Source: a bacterium (GTDB lineage Bacteria > Margulisbacteria > Marinamargulisbacteria > SXXA01). Taken from it: DNA of 64,000 nucleotides. The translations under genes and the position numbers were made by a program. Where the stretch lies: NCBI GenBank assembly GCA_947465765.1, contig CANIAP010000008.1, positions 3,152-67,151 of the forward strand. Direction: 5' to 3'. Positions 43,561 through 52,589 of this stretch are shown here, in pieces. The notes beneath the pieces were generated by a model that had not been told where the DNA came from, ran no database searches, and saw nothing but the letters and a program-made list of their open reading frames with translations. Each line of letters begins with the position of its first letter. Positions within the stretch are counted from its first letter, which is position 1.

Positions 43561-45466
43561 TAAAATAAAGATCTTGCAAAACCCGGACTTGCCGAATTTC
43601 CTTCTCACTACGCCTAAATAGATAGTCATCGAGCGTCTCGCATTGTGACTCGAGCATCGACCAGTACAGACTATCCAAACCCGCCGCAATACCCAAGGTG
43701 GACGCCCCTCCAAACCGGGCATTGCATTCAATAATATGAATTTGGCCCACCGAGTCTATTAGCGCCTGAAGAACCACGGGTCCCCGCAATTTTAATTCAC
43801 CTAAGACATGGGTCACCAATGCTTCGACTTTATAATCCCTAAATGTAGTCGTTATTTGAGACTCGCCGTCGACGATCCGATCTCTTTTCCGAAGAACCAG
43901 CCCTTTCACTTGATGGAGCCGCGACACCCAAGCATCAACGCTAATCTCAACCCCCTCTAAAAAGGGCTGAAAAATAGGAGATTTAAGCTTATTCGCATGA
44001 GATTTTGCAGCAGCCCCATCTAAATCCAATCCCAAGTCACAAGAACCGGACCCATATCTCTCCTTGACGACATAGCGTGCTCCAACCGTTTCGTCACATT
44101 CCAATGAGGATGGAATAAATGGGAGATTCAACGACGCTCCAAACTGAGAAAACGCCCATTTATCGACACTGAGGGTCACGGATTCTGCGGGAGATACTAT
44201 TACATCGATACCATGGGCCAAAAACTGACTCGCATGGGTCGCCCAAAAGAATAATTCCCCGTCCCTAGTTGGCAAAATGGCAGTAATCCCTCGCTGAATA
44301 CACCCCTCCAAAATTAGTTTGAGATGCTCGTCGTTAGTCGCAGGCATAATCCATGAGTCATCCGCCACAAATGATGCCAAGGTAAACGGCCGATTATCCC
44401 CAGCCACAACCAGTGAATTCGGATGAATACGAACCGCCGCCGACCGAACAGCGCGTATCAATGGCACTTTTTTTGAAGCACTCGTCACAAGAATTTTTAC
44501 GGGGCGGGTTACAATATCGACAACCGCCCGATTTAGCCTCATTCGTTCATACTCGATAATTTCGGGAAGTGCCGTTTCCAGCGTGTATTCCGGCACCCAT
44601 CCAATTTTCGACTGATATAACGCCATATTCGCTTGGGATGCCTCAAACGGGATGTCGGATTGGTCCACGTTAGCAACAAGCGTGGGGAAATGTGATTTAA
44701 GAATGGTGACAACATCACTCACTGCCCGCGCACGCCCAGTTCCCAAATTGATAATTCCAGTTACATCACTATCGGCAAGGCGAATCAATCCTTCCGCAGA
44801 ATCAGATCCATATATGTAGTCAAAAATTCCCTCCGGACGAAAAACCGAAATCGGCTCATCTTGCAAAGCTGCCCGAATCCATCGCGAGATGACGTCGCGG
44901 GACCCTTTTCCATACCCTCGGTATATTCGAGCTGCAACGATTGAAAAACGACTTTTGCAAAAACTGTATAAAAATTCCAATTCAATTTCATGCGCTAACT
45001 TTGCCATTCCCGTCAGGTTACGAGGCGCTACTGGATCATTTTCTGATAGCGACATTGGTTGAAGTTGGTGTACGTCAAATTGATATATCGACGGGGAATA
45101 AATTAAATAACTAGAGGCAAACACCACTCGCTTAAGAGACGCGCACTCCTTCAGGATCGTCATAAGATGATGGCTCAAACGAATGTTATGCCAAAAATTT
45201 TCATCCCAAAATCCGTAAGATTCTGTAGACCGTTCGAATGTTGCCGCCAGGTGGATAAAAATATCCGGAGAGAACGCTTTAACGTCATCTTCCGTCAGTG
45301 TATTTAAATCACCTTGGCGATATTTAACCTCCGACGGAAATAACGCCGGTCTCAGCTTTAAGTCACCCACATAAACAATGGCCCCCAATTCAAGCAATTT
45401 AGGCACCATCTCCATTCCAATAACACCACTACCACCACTTACAAATACTCGTTTATTTTTCATCAT
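43544..45466 (-). CDS. NAD-dependent epimerase/dehydratase fused to an ATP-grasp domain
   Basis: SGGSGVIG Rossmann motif; C-terminal DK...VKERYGSGS...IFQPFL.G.EISVD...IIECNARFGG. Confidence 0.85.
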   Translation of the reverse strand: MMKNKRVFVSGGSGVIGMEMVPKLLELGAIVYVGDLKLRPALFPSEVKYRQGDLNTLTEDDVKAFSPDIFIHLAATFERSTESYGFWDENFWHNIRLSHHLMTILKECASLKRVVFASSYLIYSPSIYQFDVHQLQPMSLSENDPVAPRNLTGMAKLAHEIELEFLYSFCKSRFSIVAARIYRGYGKGSRDVISRWIRAALQDEPISVFRPEGIFDYIYGSDSAEGLIRLADSDVTGIINLGTGRARAVSDVVTILKSHFPTLVANVDQSDIPFEASQANMALYQSKIGWVPEYTLETALPEIIEYERMRLNRAVVDIVTRPVKILVTSASKKVPLIRAVRSAAVRIHPNSLVVAGDNRPFTLASFVADDSWIMPATNDEHLKLILEGCIQRGITAILPTRDGELFFWATHASQFLAHGIDVIVSPAESVTLSVDKWAFSQFGASLNLPFIPSSLECDETVGARYVVKERYGSGSCDLGLDLDGAAAKSHANKLKSPIFQPFLEGVEISVDAWVSRLHQVKGLVLRKRDRIVDGESQITTTFRDYKVEALVTHVLGELKLRGPVVLQALIDSVGQIHIIECNARFGGASTLGIAAGLDSLYWSMLESQCETLDDYLFRRSEKEIRQVRVLQDLYFIDPNI

Positions 45467-46028
45467 TGTTTAAACATCCATGGACAACAGAATCCGTTGC
45501 CTTTTGATCAATCAATACGTGCCGTTTCAGCACACCTTCTTTTTCAAACCCCGCCGATTCAAGAATCGAAATATGAAGCTTACGGAAGATATACGTTTCC
45601 GTAAACAACCGTTGCAAGTTCAATTCCGAAAACGCCAATCGTTTAATTAGCCCCAAAAATTTCGCAAAATCACGGGCATACACGTCAGGGTTCGCGACCC
45701 GAGACGGATCAAGAAGAAACGATACTTCTGCACGCAGGTTCTCCCAGGAAATATGAACGAGACCCCCATACCCGATCAGTTGCCCCTGAAAAAAATAACT
45801 CATCAACAAATTTTGGGGATGCCCCACCCTCATACTTGGAAAAATATGAGTGTCAAAATATACGCGTTGCTGGGCCGCTGTAATGACCGACTTTTGCCGT
45901 AATACGTCCATTTGGGAATTCCGCCACTGCCGGATAGACTCAATATCCTTAAGTTGGACCGTTTCAATTTTAAAATCCGCGTCGCACAAAAATTGGACAT
46001 CCAAACAACTGTATTTCTTGGGAGTCAT
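45453..46028 (-). CDS. GNAT N-acetyltransferase (PseH/RimJ-like)
   Basis: IRQWRN, LIGYGGL..I.W....AEVSF, AF.ELNL.RL, GFEKEGVLKRH. Confidence 0.85.
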   Translation of the reverse strand: MTPKKYSCLDVQFLCDADFKIETVQLKDIESIRQWRNSQMDVLRQKSVITAAQQRVYFDTHIFPSMRVGHPQNLLMSYFFQGQLIGYGGLVHISWENLRAEVSFLLDPSRVANPDVYARDFAKFLGLIKRLAFSELNLQRLFTETYIFRKLHISILESAGFEKEGVLKRHVLIDQKATDSVVHGCLNNDEK

Positions 46029-46180
46029 CGGTCCACAAACCTAACACCCCTAAAGAAAGAGCGAAAGAGACTTTTATCCCCACAGCCCCACCACTATCGT
46101 GAGAAATGTTTTTTTTTGATAAAATTGGTGGGACTTAAGCCGCAGCAAAACTCCAAGTTTCATAGTTATGAGGATATCCA

Positions 46181-47179
46181 ATGATTAGTAGACACATACT
46201 CGACAACAAAGTCGTCTTAGTAACCGGCGGTACCGGCTCATTTGGAAAAGCGTTTATCAAGCGCATTTTAACCGAATTTTCTCCTAAGAAAGTTATCATT
46301 TTTTCCCGAGATGAACTCAAGCAGTTTGAAATGCAATATGAAATTCCCAATGAAGGGAACGTGCGATATTTCATCGGTGACATTCGGGATCGGGACCGGT
46401 TGTCTCGGGCATTTAATGGCGTCAACGTCATTATCCACGCCGCCGCCATGAAACAAGTCGAAGCATCCGAATACAATCCATTCGAAGCAGTCCAGACTAA
46501 TATCATTGGCGCTGAAAATATTATTTCAGAAGCCATTTCCAACAAAGTCGAACGGGTCATCGCTCTCAGTACCGACAAAGCCGCCAGTCCATTAAACCTC
46601 TACGGCGCCACCAAATTATGCTCCGAAAAGCTATTTATAGCCGCCAATAACTATGTCGATGAACAAACTCCCACATTATTTTCAGTCGTCCGATACGGCA
46701 ATGTGGTGGGGAGCAGAGGGAGCGTTATTCCGTTCTTTCTAAAACAAAGAGCCGAAGGAAAACTCCCCATTACCGACCCTAGAATGACCCGGTTTTGGAT
46801 TACGTTACCCGACGCAGTTGAATTTGTATTGCGAACATTACAAGACACCAAGGGCGGAGAAATTTTTATCCCCAAACTGGCCACCATGAACATTATCGAC
46901 TTAGCGAACGCTTTGGCACCCGAATGCAGCCACCACATTATTGGGATCCGCCCCGGCGAAAAAATTCATGAATCCATGTTCACCGAAGATGAATCGATGA
47001 ATACCATCGAACAAGACGATCGATATATCATCCAACCCCACACGAAATTTCGAAATATCGGCCAACATGACGGCAAATCCATCGAGGTTCCCTTTTGCTA
47101 CAGTAGCGGGACCGCCCCAAACCAACTCGGCACCGACGAACTCAAACAAATGATCGCCAAACTGGATCTCCCCAATTGA
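46181..47179 (+). CDS. pseB: UDP-GlcNAc 4,6-dehydratase (inverting)
   Basis: TGGTGSFG, FSRDELKQ, HAAAMKQV...EYNP.E, LSTDKA..P.NLYGATKL, RYGNVVGSRGSVIP. Confidence 0.93.
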   Translation: MISRHILDNKVVLVTGGTGSFGKAFIKRILTEFSPKKVIIFSRDELKQFEMQYEIPNEGNVRYFIGDIRDRDRLSRAFNGVNVIIHAAAMKQVEASEYNPFEAVQTNIIGAENIISEAISNKVERVIALSTDKAASPLNLYGATKLCSEKLFIAANNYVDEQTPTLFSVVRYGNVVGSRGSVIPFFLKQRAEGKLPITDPRMTRFWITLPDAVEFVLRTLQDTKGGEIFIPKLATMNIIDLANALAPECSHHIIGIRPGEKIHESMFTEDESMNTIEQDDRYIIQPHTKFRNIGQHDGKSIEVPFCYSSGTAPNQLGTDELKQMIAKLDLPN

Positions 47180-48321
47180 GCGTACTTCCCTATTCCCGAC
47201 AATACCTCGACGACGACGACATTGAGAGTGTCGTCCGCGCACTACGATCCGACTTTTTGACCCAAGGCCCTCGAATCGCCGAATTTGAGGATGCCGTCGC
47301 TCAAAAAGTGGGGGCCAAATACGCTGTCGCCGTGTCGAGTGGTACTGCCGCATTACACCTCTGTTATTTGGCAATCGGACTCTCTACGGGAGATGAACTG
47401 ATTACCACTCCCAACACCTTCGTCGCAACGGCAAATGCCGCCCTGTATTGTGGTGCCACCCCCATTTTTACTGATATTTCGGCCGAAACCGGATTGATCA
47501 ATCCGGCACTCATTGAGGAATTAATCACTCCAAACACCAAAGCCATCGCCCCGGTTGATTTCGCGGGATGCCCCTCAGACATGGAAACAATCTGGACCAT
47601 CGCAAAACGGCATAACCTAAAGGTAATCCAAGACGCATCCCATTCGCTCGGAGCCACCTACAAACACACCACCGTTGGCGATTGCGCCTACGCCGACATG
47701 ACCGTATTTAGCTTTCATCCCGTGAAGCCGATGACCACCGGAGAAGGGGGGCTGATCACAACCAACGATGTGACGCTTTATCACATACTATTGCGACTTC
47801 GGACTCACGGGATCACCAAAGAAGGACTCCAACATAGTCCTGGCCCTTGGTACTACGAGATGACCGACCTAGGGTATAACTATCGCATCACCGACATTCA
47901 AGCCGCCTTGGGCCTTTCTCAATTGGGCAAACTGGATCGATTTATCGCCGCGCGTCGCCATATTGCGAACCGTTATGACGCCGCATTTCGAGACCTAACC
48001 CGAATTACCCCCTTAAAAGAAGCCGCTGAGTGCCAGTCCGGATACCATCTTTATGTTGTAAGAATTCCATTTGCTCAATTGGGCCATACCCGTGCGGACG
48101 TCATGGCGACGTTAAAGGCACAGGGAGTGGGATCCCAGGTTCACTACATCCCGGTCTATCACCAGCCCTATTATCGGACGCGATTTCCGTCCCAAGCGCC
48201 ACTTCCGGGAATGGAGGCCTACTATCAATCGGCATTAAGTCTCCCGATATTTCCCACCATGACCGATTCCGACACAGACCGCGTGATCCACGCGATACGA
48301 TCTTTAGACCAAGGTGACTAA
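47176..48321 (+). CDS. pseC: DegT/DnrJ-family sugar aminotransferase, PseC-like
   Basis: LPYSRQ...LTQGP, FSFHPVKPMTTGEGG, LGYNYRITDIQAALG. Confidence 0.9.
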   Translation: MSVLPYSRQYLDDDDIESVVRALRSDFLTQGPRIAEFEDAVAQKVGAKYAVAVSSGTAALHLCYLAIGLSTGDELITTPNTFVATANAALYCGATPIFTDISAETGLINPALIEELITPNTKAIAPVDFAGCPSDMETIWTIAKRHNLKVIQDASHSLGATYKHTTVGDCAYADMTVFSFHPVKPMTTGEGGLITTNDVTLYHILLRLRTHGITKEGLQHSPGPWYYEMTDLGYNYRITDIQAALGLSQLGKLDRFIAARRHIANRYDAAFRDLTRITPLKEAAECQSGYHLYVVRIPFAQLGHTRADVMATLKAQGVGSQVHYIPVYHQPYYRTRFPSQAPLPGMEAYYQSALSLPIFPTMTDSDTDRVIHAIRSLDQGD

Positions 48322-49264
48322 ACTCCCCATTGGGGTGAGCCCCATCCATTGGAAGGGAAACTCTATCCCCCCGCTTATCGTCGGCACCGCCCAACTGGGA
48401 ATGGACTACGGAATTGCGAATCGCGACGGGCAATCCGACTCTAAAACCGCCAACAGCATTGTCCGCCAGGCCATCCAGTCAGGATATACATGGTTTGATA
48501 CCGCCCAAGCCTATGGCACTGCCGAAACGGTACTGGGAACCGCCATTCGTGCCGCCGCCGGAGAGACCGATCCATCGATTATTACAAAGCTGGCACCCCA
48601 GTTAAATCCACGAGAGTCCGAGGCGATCTATTCCGCCATCCAAGAGTCTCTACACCGCCTTGGCACCCCCTCCATTTGGGGACTCATGCTCCATCGTTCA
48701 GCCTGGATTCGGGACTGGAACCATGGTCTGGGAAACGCTTTAACACGGGCCAAAAACGAGGGATTAATCCAGCATATTGGGGTTTCGATTTACACTGCGG
48801 ACGAATTGCAAGAGGTCATTGATGCGGGCCATTTTGATATCATCCAACTTCCCTTTAATGCCTGGGACCCTGAATTTTTGAATCATGGCCTCCTGGCCAC
48901 CGCGCAATCAGAAGGCATTTGTTGCCTCGCCCGAAGCGTCTACCTTCAAGGGCTCCTCATGTTGGCCCCCAATACCATCGCCAAGCGACTACCCGCTGCC
49001 TACGATGCCGCCATCGCATGGGAAACACTTTGCGCGACGTATTGTCTGACGCCGGTCCAATTGGCGATGGGATATGTAAGACACTTTCAGCTCCCCTTGG
49101 TCGTGGGGGTCGAAACCGTGGCCCAATTGCAAGACAACATGGCCCTAATGGCCACACCTAAGCTTCATCCAGAGATCATCCAACATATCCAATCCGTCAT
49201 GCATCCCTTGGCAAAAAAAGACTTTGTCAGCCCTCCACATTGGCAAGTAAAATCGGGATTATGA
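48314..49264 (+). CDS. Aldo/keto reductase
   Basis: GTAQLGMDYG, FDTAQAYG.AE..LG, IGVSIY, ARSVYLQGLL. Confidence 0.9.
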   Translation: MTKLPIGVSPIHWKGNSIPPLIVGTAQLGMDYGIANRDGQSDSKTANSIVRQAIQSGYTWFDTAQAYGTAETVLGTAIRAAAGETDPSIITKLAPQLNPRESEAIYSAIQESLHRLGTPSIWGLMLHRSAWIRDWNHGLGNALTRAKNEGLIQHIGVSIYTADELQEVIDAGHFDIIQLPFNAWDPEFLNHGLLATAQSEGICCLARSVYLQGLLMLAPNTIAKRLPAAYDAAIAWETLCATYCLTPVQLAMGYVRHFQLPLVVGVETVAQLQDNMALMATPKLHPEIIQHIQSVMHPLAKKDFVSPPHWQVKSGL

Positions 49265-50577
49265 CACATTCAAAATCGCTCCAACTCCAAGATCACGCAA
49301 AAAACAGAATCCCGGGATGGAACCAATTATTATCCAAACGACCTGACCAATTTTCCGCCGGTGTTTGGCCAGGGTATTACAAAAAAGCCAGTGGGGTCGA
49401 AATATGGGATATGGACGACAATCGCTACATTGATATGAGCATCTCCGGTATCGGTGCCAATGTTCTTGGCTACGCCGATCCCGACGTCAATGCGGCGGTG
49501 TGTCACGCGATTCAAGAAGGTTCCAGTAGCTCACTTAATTCCTATGAAGAAGTCCAACTGGCGGACAAATTATGTGAGCTCCACCCCTGGGCCGACCAAG
49601 TTCGGTTTGCACGGACCGGTGGTGAGTCGATGACTATTGCGGTCCGAATCGCCAGAGCTGCAACCGGCCGAAGCAAAATTGCATTTTGTGGCTACCATGG
49701 ATGGCACGACTGGTATTTGGCCGCCAACTTAAAAACAAGTGACGCGCTCAATGAGCATCTCATCACAGGTCTAGACCCGATCGGAGTCCCCAAAGAATTG
49801 GCCGGAACCGCGATCCCGTTTCGGTTTAACGACAGTGCCGCATTAGAAGCCATAATCCGAGATCATGGGCATGAATTAGCCGCAATTGTGATGGAACCCA
49901 TTCGGTACAGTCCCCCCACCCCAGAATTTTTGGAAACTCTCAATAAATGCAAAAGTTTATCCGGCGCGGTTTTAATTATTGACGAAATTTCGGCTGGATT
50001 TCGCGTCACGCCTGGTGGAGCCCACCTCACCCTCGGATATGACCCCGACATCGCCGTCTTCTCAAAAGCATTAGGGAACGGATTTCCTATTGGCGCTGTC
50101 ATAGGAAAGAAATCTGTTATGACTGCCGCCACCACCACCTTTATCAGTAGTACCTGTTGGACCGAACGCGTCGGCTTTGTCGCCGGACTGGCCGTCATCG
50201 ACAAATACGTCCGCAATAACGTCCACACTCACCTCATCGCTATTGGTACAGCGGTTCAAACTGGGTGGGCAAAGGCCGCGCAAACCACCGGCCTCGACAT
50301 CAGCATTAGTGGAATTCCTCCCCTGAGCAATTTTGCCTTTAAAGATGCCAACCCACTAGAACTCAAAGCCTACTACGTTCAATTGATGATGGATCAGGGA
50401 TTTTTGGCCTCCAATTTATTTTATTCCATGTATGCACATACCCTCGACCACGTCTCCGCCTATATCGCGGCAACCACGGCGGCATTTCAAACCATCAAAG
50501 ACGATCTCTCTCAAGGAACCGTTGCCTCAAAACTGCGGGGGAAACCCGCCAATTCTGGATTTTTAAGGCTCAATTAA
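49261..50577 (+). CDS. Class III PLP aminotransferase (GSA-aminomutase-like, sugar-locus type)
   Basis: LLSKRP, RTGGE, GYHGWHDW, IIDEISAGFR, FSKALGNG; ATG 49261 overlaps the upstream stop. Confidence 0.88.
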   Translation: MTHSKSLQLQDHAKNRIPGWNQLLSKRPDQFSAGVWPGYYKKASGVEIWDMDDNRYIDMSISGIGANVLGYADPDVNAAVCHAIQEGSSSSLNSYEEVQLADKLCELHPWADQVRFARTGGESMTIAVRIARAATGRSKIAFCGYHGWHDWYLAANLKTSDALNEHLITGLDPIGVPKELAGTAIPFRFNDSAALEAIIRDHGHELAAIVMEPIRYSPPTPEFLETLNKCKSLSGAVLIIDEISAGFRVTPGGAHLTLGYDPDIAVFSKALGNGFPIGAVIGKKSVMTAATTTFISSTCWTERVGFVAGLAVIDKYVRNNVHTHLIAIGTAVQTGWAKAAQTTGLDISISGIPPLSNFAFKDANPLELKAYYVQLMMDQGFLASNLFYSMYAHTLDHVSAYIAATTAAFQTIKDDLSQGTVASKLRGKPANSGFLRLN

Positions 50578-50581
50578 CCCT

Positions 50582-51634
50582 ATGAAACTGCACATCGGCC
50601 CTCACGTCATTTCGGCAAACTCTCCGGTCTACATCATCGCTGAGATGTCCGGGAATCATCATGGAAGCCTTGAGAAAGCCATGCAGATCGTCCATGCCGC
50701 CAAAGAATCCGGTGCTAATGCCATCAAATTGCAAACTTATCGTGCCGATACCATTACCTTAAATTCGGAAAAACCTGACTTTTTGATCCCAGAAAATGAC
50801 CCTTGGCATTACAAACACAATTTATTTGCACTGTACGAAGAAGCATTTACCCCATGGGAATGGCATGCCCCCTTATTTCAGGAAGCGAGGGCCATCGGGC
50901 TCGACATTTTTTCATCCCCATTTGATATCTCCGCCGTCGATTTTTTAGAAACACTGGATTGCCCTGCATATAAAATTGCATCCCCAGAAATCACCGATAT
51001 CCCGCTACTCCGACGGGTCTCCCGCACCAAAAAACCAGTGATCATGTCGACTGGGTTGGCCGAAATTCATGATATCGAGTTGGCGCTCTCGACGCTGTCT
51101 GATGAGGGATGTACCCAAATCGGGTTGCTTAAATGCACCGCAAGCTATCCCGCACCACCGGAAACGATGAATCTTCACACCATCCCTGACATGGCCAGCC
51201 GCTTCGGCTGCGTCGTGGGGTTGTCGGATCACACGTTGGGAATCGGCGTTCCTGTGGCCGCAGTCGCGCTCGGAGCAAAAATCATCGAAAAACATTTCGT
51301 GTTGAGCGCCGATGACGATACGGTCGACAGCTTCTTTTCGTTGGATCCCGTCGCTTTTTCACAAATGGTATTGGAGGTCCGAAAAGTAGAAAAAGCGTTG
51401 GGAACGGTCAGCTATGACGTCCCGGGATCTTCTCCTCAAAAATTCAAAGCCCGGCGATCGCTCTACGTCGCCAAATCCATTGAATCGGGTGAGGTGTTTA
51501 CACCCGACCATATCAAATCGGTCCGTCCAAGCTGGGGCCTCCACCCCAAATTTTACGACGACGTCATTGGTAAACGTGCCGCAGTAACGCTTGAGATGGG
51601 GGACCGACTGTCCATGGATTGTATTGATGGCTAA
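50582..51634 (+). CDS. pseI: Pseudaminic acid synthase (NeuB family, SAF domain)
   Basis: IIAEMSGNH.GS, KLQTY.ADTIT, TPWEWH, KIASPEITDIPL, GLSDHTLG, IEKHF. Confidence 0.92.
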   Translation: MKLHIGPHVISANSPVYIIAEMSGNHHGSLEKAMQIVHAAKESGANAIKLQTYRADTITLNSEKPDFLIPENDPWHYKHNLFALYEEAFTPWEWHAPLFQEARAIGLDIFSSPFDISAVDFLETLDCPAYKIASPEITDIPLLRRVSRTKKPVIMSTGLAEIHDIELALSTLSDEGCTQIGLLKCTASYPAPPETMNLHTIPDMASRFGCVVGLSDHTLGIGVPVAAVALGAKIIEKHFVLSADDDTVDSFFSLDPVAFSQMVLEVRKVEKALGTVSYDVPGSSPQKFKARRSLYVAKSIESGEVFTPDHIKSVRPSWGLHPKFYDDVIGKRAAVTLEMGDRLSMDCIDG

Positions 51635-52385
51635 CACGGTCGCAGTGATTCAAGCACGGCAAGGGTCATCACGGTTACCCGGCAAAACCCTCACCTCACT
51701 ATGGGGAAAGCAAACCACATTAGAAATGATGATTGAACGGCTACGCCCCTCCAAGACCCTCGACAAAATCGTTGTTGCCACCACTGATTTGCCCGCAGAC
51801 GACGCCATCGACTCCGTCTGCAAAATACTTCAAATCGATTGCTTCCGAGGAAGTTCTGCGGATGTCCTGTCCCGATATTTCCAAACCGCACAGGAGCATA
51901 AGGCCGATCATGTGGTACGGCTTACCGCCGATTGTCCTTTCCAGGATTACCTCGTCGTCGATGCACTGGTGGAGACCTTCTTAAACGCCAGTGTAGATTA
52001 CGCCGCAAATGCCCTCATTCCAACGTATCCCAATGGATTTGACGCTGAAATAATGTCGATAAAGGCATTAACCACTGCGTTCCAAAACGCGACACTCAAG
52101 TCCGACAGAGAACACGTTACTCCGTATATTTATCGACACCCCGAGCAGTTCAAAATTCTAAATTTGCCCTACCACCGCGATGTCAGCCACCTTCGGCTCA
52201 CGCTTGATGAGCCCTCCGATCTGCAGGTCATGCGTGCCATGGCCGACGCTCTATTTAAATCCGGACACTATGTTCATTTGGAAGAAATGCTAGCCTACGC
52301 AGTATCCCATCCTGAATTGATAGAGATAAACGGATCAATACCACGCAATGAAGACCACTTAACCCCGCGATACCCGAAGAAATGA
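51627..52385 (+). CDS. SpsF-like acylneuraminate cytidylyltransferase-family protein
   Basis: IQARQGSSRLPGK, FRGS..DVLSRY, VRLTADCP, REHVTPYIY, RLTLDE..D; start ATG 51627. Confidence 0.88.
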   Translation: MANTVAVIQARQGSSRLPGKTLTSLWGKQTTLEMMIERLRPSKTLDKIVVATTDLPADDAIDSVCKILQIDCFRGSSADVLSRYFQTAQEHKADHVVRLTADCPFQDYLVVDALVETFLNASVDYAANALIPTYPNGFDAEIMSIKALTTAFQNATLKSDREHVTPYIYRHPEQFKILNLPYHRDVSHLRLTLDEPSDLQVMRAMADALFKSGHYVHLEEMLAYAVSHPELIEINGSIPRNEDHLTPRYPKK

Positions 52386-52589
52386 CGATCCCGAATAGTA
52401 TTGTGAACAAAACACCCACACTGTCACCGCCGCCATCGGAACCGAAACTTGGATCGCCGGATGGTCCTTCGCTAAAGCGTCAGCTGGCGGAATAAGCGCC
52501 TATTAATAGAGATCGAATATGACGTCTCGATTTAGCAAATGGAATGATGGTAAGCTCAGATTTTCCCTAGATAAAAGGAGTGAATCAGT

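Noticed and set aside
43561-43731. ORF-track N-terminal extension of the HAD gene (likewise 7259-7405, 35253-35294, 51591-51626)
   Set aside because: Family motifs, coupling or promoter position point to later starts; most extensions overlap upstream genes.
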